Shown here: positions 20,805-28,600 of the stretch, one piece after another
Layout: each line of letters begins with the position of its first letter
How positions within the stretch are numbered: position 1 is the stretch's first letter
IMG/VR virus record: IMGVR_UViG_3300008259_000147
Location: 14,656-78,655 of that record
DNA length: 64,000 nt
Strand: one strand, 5' to 3'
Source: a virus
Program-made: the position numbers and the translations under genes
The notes under the pieces: generated by a model
Database searches by the model: none
The model's input: only the letters and a program-made list of their open reading frames with translations
What the model was told of the DNA's origin: nothing

Positions 20805-20837
20805 AAACTTTTAAAATTTATTTTTGTAAATGCTGCT

Positions 20838-20853
20838 TATTTAAATTTACAAA
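20838..20853 (-). promoter_or_regulatory. Putative phage late promoter (TTTGTAAATTTAAATA)
   Basis: One of five intergenic copies of TT-n3-TA(A/T)ATT upstream of late genes. Confidence 0.4.
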
Positions 20854-20868
20854 TATTTTGTGAAATTA

Positions 20869-23637
20869 TCAAATAAATTCTACACTTCCTCCAGCTGCAT
20901 ATATTTGCTGAATGAATGCATCTTGTTCTTCAGGACTAAGAGTTGATAAATCTACTTCAGAACCATCTTCATAATCATCTAATATGCTACCACCCATTTT
21001 AGCTTCACCGATTTGAGTTAAATATGCTGATGGAAAATTGTTATATCCAAAGTTTTGATTACCAGGAGTATATGCATTCATTCCCATGTAGTTAGTAGTA
21101 CCAACAGGACTTGGTGTACCATTTCTTGTAGGAGCTTTATTAGCAGCTCCTTTGTATGCCATTCCTGTACTCACAGTATTAAAGTTATCTTGAGCATTTT
21201 TATAGAGAGCTTTTCTATCATTTTCTTTAATTCCTGACATTACTCCAGATTGAAAGGCCATAGTATTCATATAGTTATTCATTCCACTTAATGGTGTACG
21301 ATATGAGAATGTCCAATGAGCATCTCCACCAGGAGCATACTTTTCAATTCCTCCTCCAAACTCATATCCATTCCAACCTTTGCCGCGACCTCTTGCCCAA
21401 TGCTTATAAGCCCTATCATCATTTCTATATAAGCCAGTATTAAAATCATCATCTGCATTATACATTTCATTTAATGCATCTTGTCTTTTTTGCATTCTTG
21501 AAGCTTCCCAACCTCTTCCATTAGGATTTCCCCATGGTTTATACGGGTTATAATCAGTATCATTTATTCCTTTTCCATAGTTTCTAAAAGCTCTTTCTAA
21601 ATTATGATATCGTGTTTCATCAAAATTAGGATCATTCATCATATCTGCATATTTAGGGTTATAAATATTTTGATCATAATCCCAACCTTTTCCTCTGTAA
21701 TTTTCATTTTTAATACCTCTCTCATATTGTCGTAATGCTTTATTCTGATTACGATATGCATTTATATTAAAATTAGTATCTGCTAACATAGCATTCATTC
21801 TATCTTGCAAATTACTATTTTTATTATTTGAATTTGAGTTTTGATCATTGTTTTCAGAAGTTTGATCACTGTCATTATTTCCAGAACCTTGATTATTATT
21901 TGAACCAGGTCCACTATTTGTATTAGGTCCACTATTTGTACCAGCTCCTTGACCAGAAGCACCAAAGTAATAAGGAACTGCTGCTAATGCTCCTGCATTT
22001 TTAGCTCTAAATCTTTGTTTCTTACCATCAGCATTGTAGTAAGTACCTCTAAATTTAGGCTTGCCCATCAGTCCCATCATTCCCATTGGATTTGCACCCA
22101 TGCCAAAAGCACCTAGTGCTTGTCCTAATAATCCAAGACCTGCTCCTGCTTGACTACCTAAAAGTTGAGTAATTGCATTACCTCCAACATATGATGCATA
22201 TGGATTAGAAAAATTAGAACCACCTGGATTAGAACCACCACCTGAATTACCAGAACCTTGATTATTACCACCTTGGTTATTACCAGGATTAGTTGACCCT
22301 GCTCTATTTGAACCAGCTACACCAGGGTTGTTGCTATAATACATGTCATAATAACCAGATTCATTTGCTGGTAAATTATATGCTGTACCATCATCCCCTT
22401 CATAATACCACTCATTAAATTTATTATCAAATTTTATTTTTCTATTTTGACCACTTAAATCTTGATATACATAATTTGGATCATTATAGTTAATTCCATC
22501 TGCAGCTTTAGGTAAAGATCCACCATTCACATATTTTGCAAAATCATTTACACTACCAAATTTACCTTTCTTCTTTTTCTTAGGATTGTGATCCATACCA
22601 CCTTCTTTTAAAATTTGATATAACTCATCAATATTAGATTGACCACCCATCTCAAACATAAAGTTAGGTGTAGTTTCACCTGCTCTATCATATGGTAAAT
22701 ATGTTTGAGCTTGAGGAAATGCTTCTCCACCTGCTTTCATTGCACCCAATGCACCTTGCATTTGCACTTGCAAATTTGCAGGTAATTGATTTATAGGAAT
22801 TTGCCCATTCATAGCTTGTTGCATAAGCATACCTTCTTTATCAGATTTACCATACAAATCTGAATACATTGGATTATTTATTGGATTACCCATTCCCATC
22901 ATAGAATCACCCATGTTTCCAAAACCACCAAGGAAATTGCCTAAATTACCTAGACCAGCTTTAGGCAAAGATTGCCCACCTGCTTCATATAAGTCATCCA
23001 TCATATAAGCAGTACCACCATTAGCTTTATAATACCAATTAAGATTTTGAGCTTGTGGTGATGGATTATAATTGTCAAAACAATCAATGCAAGGTTGGCC
23101 ACCCATCTCGGCCATCCCCATTTGCTCTTGATCTTGTTGCATCATATCTTGTTCATCTTCTTGAGATACTTGTTCTTCTTGAGATGCTTGTAATTCTTTA
23201 GCAACAGCTGTCACTAATCCTTGGGCCTGTTCAACTGACATTCCCATTTTTACAAGTTCTTGCATAATTTGTTTGGGATCAGCACCTTGCTGAAGCCCTT
23301 GAGCAACCATACTGATTATTTTTTGTTGTTGATCAGAAGATGCTCCACCTTCTTGAGCGTATTGCATTGTATTCATTTTATCTGAGTTTGAATAATTAAA
23401 TGTACCTAATGAGTTAGCAGGTATTTCAACTGCCATGTTTCCTGGAACCACTACATTCTCTTGACCAGGTTGAGCAAATATAACATCTCCTGTTGGACTT
23501 AGTATGTAAGTGTGATCTATTTGATTCTTAAAAGTAAGAGGAGTATATCCATCTCTGCCTTTAATGATTGCACCATTTGTAGGATCTACATCTAGTCCTT
23601 GCTGGTCTGTTCTAAAGTGTATTGGTTTTCTATCCAT
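20869..23637 (-). CDS. Low-complexity virion protein (922 aa) with about 11 xxGG motifs
   Basis: Long ORF in the operon; Gln/Met-rich and Gly/Asn-rich tracts; repeated YAQEGG, MAEMGG, YKANGG, YEAGG, MKAGG, FEMGG, LKEGG, YVNGG, YEFGG, AKMGG, YAAGG. Confidence 0.6.
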   Translation of the reverse strand: MDRKPIHFRTDQQGLDVDPTNGAIIKGRDGYTPLTFKNQIDHTYILSPTGDVIFAQPGQENVVVPGNMAVEIPANSLGTFNYSNSDKMNTMQYAQEGGASSDQQQKIISMVAQGLQQGADPKQIMQELVKMGMSVEQAQGLVTAVAKELQASQEEQVSQEDEQDMMQQDQEQMGMAEMGGQPCIDCFDNYNPSPQAQNLNWYYKANGGTAYMMDDLYEAGGQSLPKAGLGNLGNFLGGFGNMGDSMMGMGNPINNPMYSDLYGKSDKEGMLMQQAMNGQIPINQLPANLQVQMQGALGAMKAGGEAFPQAQTYLPYDRAGETTPNFMFEMGGQSNIDELYQILKEGGMDHNPKKKKKGKFGSVNDFAKYVNGGSLPKAADGINYNDPNYVYQDLSGQNRKIKFDNKFNEWYYEGDDGTAYNLPANESGYYDMYYSNNPGVAGSNRAGSTNPGNNQGGNNQGSGNSGGGSNPGGSNFSNPYASYVGGNAITQLLGSQAGAGLGLLGQALGAFGMGANPMGMMGLMGKPKFRGTYYNADGKKQRFRAKNAGALAAVPYYFGASGQGAGTNSGPNTNSGPGSNNNQGSGNNDSDQTSENNDQNSNSNNKNSNLQDRMNAMLADTNFNINAYRNQNKALRQYERGIKNENYRGKGWDYDQNIYNPKYADMMNDPNFDETRYHNLERAFRNYGKGINDTDYNPYKPWGNPNGRGWEASRMQKRQDALNEMYNADDDFNTGLYRNDDRAYKHWARGRGKGWNGYEFGGGIEKYAPGGDAHWTFSYRTPLSGMNNYMNTMAFQSGVMSGIKENDRKALYKNAQDNFNTVSTGMAYKGAANKAPTRNGTPSPVGTTNYMGMNAYTPGNQNFGYNNFPSAYLTQIGEAKMGGSILDDYEDGSEVDLSTLSPEEQDAFIQQIYAAGGSVEFI

Positions 23638-23645
23638 TTTATTTA

Positions 23646-25622
23646 TTATTTATAGCCTCTTGCTTTTAAGGCATTTATTATTGTATTATACATTTGATCA
23701 TCTATATCTGCTTTTGCATCCACTTTAGTTTTTTTATCGTTTGGATCATTAATTATTAGCTTACCATCTTTGTCTTTTTTACCTTCATAATATTTCATAT
23801 AACCATCTCTAATTTCTTTATGAGTTATAATATCTTTTAGCTTTAAGTTATATGTATCTAATAGTTCACTAATAGCTTCTACAGTAGATTCTAATTGATT
23901 AGGTGTAAGAGGTGGTGCATAACCACCACTATCATTTCCTGGATTTTGAAGTTCTATACCATATGAAAAATCATTTACATTATCTCTATTTTCATATCTA
24001 GAGTGACCTGCGTGAGCTGTTACTTGTTCTGGTGAAGCATAAACTCTTCTTGTACCATTTGCTAATACTGCAAGATGTGCATCATTTTCACCAGGTCTCA
24101 TAAATTGATTATGTAAATCTATATCAGATTGTGTCCAATCACCTTTTGCATCAGGTTTAAATGCAGTCCAATGTAATACAATTTTTTTCATTTCATTTTT
24201 TAAAGCATGTCCTTTTTTATAACTTTCATCTTTTTCAGTTCTAATATTAGGACTTTGATAGTATTCTACTTTGTGTCTGCTAGGGGTTGTGCCTGTACCT
24301 GCAATATACAATACATTACCTGCTACACCACCTGAATTTAATGCATCATATTCTTTTAGTCTATCAGAGGTAAAAGTTTTATCTTTAAATGAAAGTCCTT
24401 TTGAATAAGTTCCATTATCTGTTGCATAAACAGTAACATATTTTGAATTACCTTTTATCTTCTTAAATTCATTTTTAATATGTTTAAGACTACCCATTAC
24501 AAAGTATGTCTTTTTAGTATCAGGGTTTTGCATAATAAATTTACCACCTTCTACAGAACCAAAATAATCTTCATCACCATTAGTTCTTGTCATGATATTG
24601 ATACTACCTTTTTTTTCAGTCTTCTCATCATCTGATAACATATTAGTAATAGGTATTTGATAATTATTATTACCATGATCTAAATCAGGTTTTGTTCTAG
24701 ATTTACCATCTATTTCATCAAACGATACCACCTTGTTAGAAAATGTTTGTGAAATTAATACATCCTTTCTGTTTTTAAAATCTTTGAATGTACCAGCTAC
24801 AAAATTTCCATTTGCATCAACTCCAAAGTATGTGCTATTATCAGATGCTGCCTTATACTCACTTGGAGCAAGGAATGGTCTAAATGCAGTTATTATTGCA
24901 CCATCTGATTGGAAAGGTGTATAGTCTCCTCTATTTCTAACTTTAAATTTCATATTAGCTAAATTTATATTACCTGCTAATAAAGTTTGACCTGTTTTGT
25001 TTGTTACATTTGGTATTTCAACTTCTTTTAATTGAACTTTATTTTTGTTAAGTTTGTTATAATATTCAATTGTTCCTAGTGGTTTAGGTGTTTGCTTTTC
25101 ACTAAAATCTATTTTAACTGCATCAGGATCATCTCCACTATACATTTTATATTTTCTAGTTAATCCATTTATTGCAAGATTTTTATAGTAGTTAGCTACG
25201 TCAGCTGCTTCATTATAAGTATTTTTAATATCTCCAACTACAGTTGCTAAATAATCTTCTGTTCCACCAACAAGAGTTGATAATTCATTTTGAATGTTTT
25301 CAGTCAATGAAGGTTTTTGTTTAACTACTTTTGAACTAGAATTACCTTTTACATAACCATTAAAAGGATCAATGTTTATTTTAGGTGATGCAACTGATCC
25401 ACTTGACCAAAGATATTGTAATGAAGGTTCTTGTTTTTTAGGAGTAGGATTATATCTTTGTTGATAGTTATATTGATTAGATTTTAACAATCCTAAAATA
25501 TCTTTTTCTTCATTGCTATAACCCATCATTTGATATGTGTTATCCAAAAACCCATATAAGTTTTTCTTAGCAATATCATTATCTGAAATATCTAGCCAAT
25601 TATCTTTTCCTTTATCTGTCAT
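23646..25622 (-). CDS. Multi-domain protein (658 aa) with C-terminal N-acetylmuramoyl-L-alanine amidase (Amidase_2 type)
   Basis: KIVLHWTA...AHLAV...TAHAGHS...VNDFSYGIELQN...LTPNQLES...IITHKEI...KAD matches the zinc amidase motif series. Confidence 0.75.
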   Translation of the reverse strand: MTDKGKDNWLDISDNDIAKKNLYGFLDNTYQMMGYSNEEKDILGLLKSNQYNYQQRYNPTPKKQEPSLQYLWSSGSVASPKINIDPFNGYVKGNSSSKVVKQKPSLTENIQNELSTLVGGTEDYLATVVGDIKNTYNEAADVANYYKNLAINGLTRKYKMYSGDDPDAVKIDFSEKQTPKPLGTIEYYNKLNKNKVQLKEVEIPNVTNKTGQTLLAGNINLANMKFKVRNRGDYTPFQSDGAIITAFRPFLAPSEYKAASDNSTYFGVDANGNFVAGTFKDFKNRKDVLISQTFSNKVVSFDEIDGKSRTKPDLDHGNNNYQIPITNMLSDDEKTEKKGSINIMTRTNGDEDYFGSVEGGKFIMQNPDTKKTYFVMGSLKHIKNEFKKIKGNSKYVTVYATDNGTYSKGLSFKDKTFTSDRLKEYDALNSGGVAGNVLYIAGTGTTPSRHKVEYYQSPNIRTEKDESYKKGHALKNEMKKIVLHWTAFKPDAKGDWTQSDIDLHNQFMRPGENDAHLAVLANGTRRVYASPEQVTAHAGHSRYENRDNVNDFSYGIELQNPGNDSGGYAPPLTPNQLESTVEAISELLDTYNLKLKDIITHKEIRDGYMKYYEGKKDKDGKLIINDPNDKKTKVDAKADIDDQMYNTIINALKARGYK

Positions 25623-28600
25623 ATAAACCTGCTTGTGAGTTTAATTTATTATACTCATGAGCACCTATACTATGCCATTCATTTAATTGATTAGGACTTG
25701 AAAAAGCAGCAGAAGGACTATTCCAATTTTTAAACTGTTGGTTGCTTAAAGGAAAATCACCTCTTTGTTGTACATAGTATTTATCTCCTTCTTGTTTAGT
25801 TTCAAAGTATCTATTAGGTTTACCATGCACCATGCTAAAAATAGACATATCATTAGGATCTGTTCCATAAATAGATTTACCAAATCGTGCCTTAGATAAT
25901 AAACCTCCTTGAGCTTTAGGTAAAAACTCACCACCTCTTTCTTTATAAGTTGATGGATCTACCATATCAAGGTTAATTCCAAAATCCTTTAAAAAGAACT
26001 CTACTGTTCCTTTATTTCTTTCACGATTTGGAGCTTTCTTAGTACCTCTAGCATATTGTTTTGCAATAATATTTCTATATTTTAATCTATCAGCATCTGA
26101 CTTTGCTTGATTATAATCAACAATTGCATCAAGAAACTTAGGAAAAGCTTTTGAATATTTTTCAGTATCTTTTTGAAAAAAGTCTGGCCCTAGATTATAC
26201 ACATAATCTTCTATAAGTAATTGTTGATTATAAGGTAATGTATCAAATGTTAGATTTCTATCTTTAAATCTTTTATTATATCCTTGTACAGATTGATCAT
26301 AATGAGAATTAAAATCATCTTTCATTAATTTAATAGCTTGATCATCTGTAATTCCTTTTGCAAATCTTTTAGTTTTTACATCTTCAGGTGTTAACTTATG
26401 ACCATAACCTATTGTAGGAAGCCCACCTTCATGAGATTTATAAGGCATCCATACATTTAATTTAGAATCCCAACCCTTTTTTACACCATTCTCTTGATAT
26501 TTTAACCAATCATAATAATCATTAAGCTGTCTAGTTTTTAATTTTTCTTTATCTACAGTGGATTGGTTGGTTTGAGGAGAATCTGAATCATTAACTAAAT
26601 TATTCCAAAGAGACTTACCAGCAAGCTTGAGAAAATCAATGTTTCCAAAAAGAACAGGGTTGGTCATAATAGCTGAACCAATTGTACCAAGATCACCTAT
26701 AAATGAGTTTCCTCCATCTTGTTTTTTAGCAGGATAAAACTTTTTATTAGAAGTGTTGGTAACATCTGCATCTGTTAAACGAACATACTGATCACTAGCA
26801 TGTTGTCTACCATACCATGTATTTCCATAAGCTGGACTTAATGATCCATCAGGACCTCTATGATACCAATAACCTGTTGCTTTATCATAAACAGATCCTT
26901 GTTTTTGATCTTGAGATCTAGACCAATATGTTACACCAGGTGTATCTGCTGTATATGTATTTTTATAATAAAAATCTCTACCATTATTTAGCAACACTCT
27001 TCTCTCTTGTTCTGAAAGTTTATAAATATCTTTTTTATATTTATTCCATTCATTATCTAAATTTTGTTGTAAGGTAGGTGTCCAAGCATCTGTTTTAATA
27101 TCTACATTATATGAACCTCTATTTGGTAATCCTGATTGCCCTATGCTTTTTAAATATTGATCAAGCATGTATACTCTAGGATCTCTTCCTGCATTATACA
27201 TAAAATCTCCAGCAGATGCTTTTTCCATTGCTGTAGGAAATGCTCCAAGTTGAGGATAATATTTATCCATGTACCAATTTACAGCATCATCTTTACTAGC
27301 ACCAACTGGTAATGCAGGATTACCAAAGTTAGATAAACCATAACCACTAGCACTACCTCTATTATCTTCCCATGTCATTGAGTTGTATCCCATGTTCTGC
27401 ACACTATCTCTTGGAGATACTTGTCCATACTTCCATTGATATTTATCTAATGATCCACCTTCTCCAAAAAACTTATTTTGCAACATTTTAAATTCCATAT
27501 CACTTAATATGGCGGCAGCATCTCTTACTTTAGCTCCTTTAGTTCCTATAATAGGAGTGATTAAATTAGGACCTACTCTTAAAGTTTTATCTTCAAACAA
27601 AACACCAGATGGAATTTGATTTATATCAAAATCAGGAAAATATCTACTGTAATTTTTTCTGAGTCTTGATGTATTTCTTAATTGGTTTACTTGGTTATTT
27701 AAACCTATTGGCATAGGATCTGCAAAAACTTTGACATAGTAAGGATTATTACCACCATATCTTTCTCCTATCCATGTAGGGTCTTCAGCAAAATAAAGAA
27801 TGTCTTTATTTGATCCTTGTAATAATTGATCATGCCCACCACTTCTTCTACCTCTGTTAATAACATTTTCAGGAGCTGTGCTTGTTCCCATTATTTCTGC
27901 AACATCATAAGGGTTATCTGGATTTTTTCCTAAGCTCGCCATCCTCTTTCTAAATAAAGGATCATTTATAATTTCAGGACTTACATCCACAACTCTGTAT
28001 AAAGGTCTTTGATTATACTGCGTTTGTAACCAACTTTCAAAACCTTCTGGAGATTCTGGCAAATATTTAATTAATCCTTCCTTTTGATAACTTTTAGCTA
28101 AGTTATAAGCACTTAATACATCTTGAGAAATTGGTGTTGATTTTTTAAATAACTCACTAAATGATTTTGGAAATATTCCCATTTGAGGATTGACTCCAAA
28201 AGCCATCCTACCTGCATTATCAAATGCATTAACAAATCTTTTAGTACCTTTTAAACCTGTTCCAACAAAAGGATTTTGAAAAGTTGCTCTAGTAGATCCT
28301 TCAGGTGCTAATTTAGTATCATCTCTAAATTCACCTTGTGCAGGATTATAATATTCATAATTACCGTAACCAGGTTTATTAGTATATATTTTAGATTCTT
28401 TTTGAGCAGCTTGTGATTTCTTAAAAGCTTTTGCTTGTTCTGCTTTTTCAATGCTACCATATGTTGCAATATCTTTAGCCACAGATTGTGCAGCTACATT
28501 TTTTGGAGCAACAGTTACAGTACTCCTTACATTAGCTGGATTAGTTTGCCCTAATGCTTGATTAATTAATTGAGCACTTACAGATCCTGTAAGTTGATGT

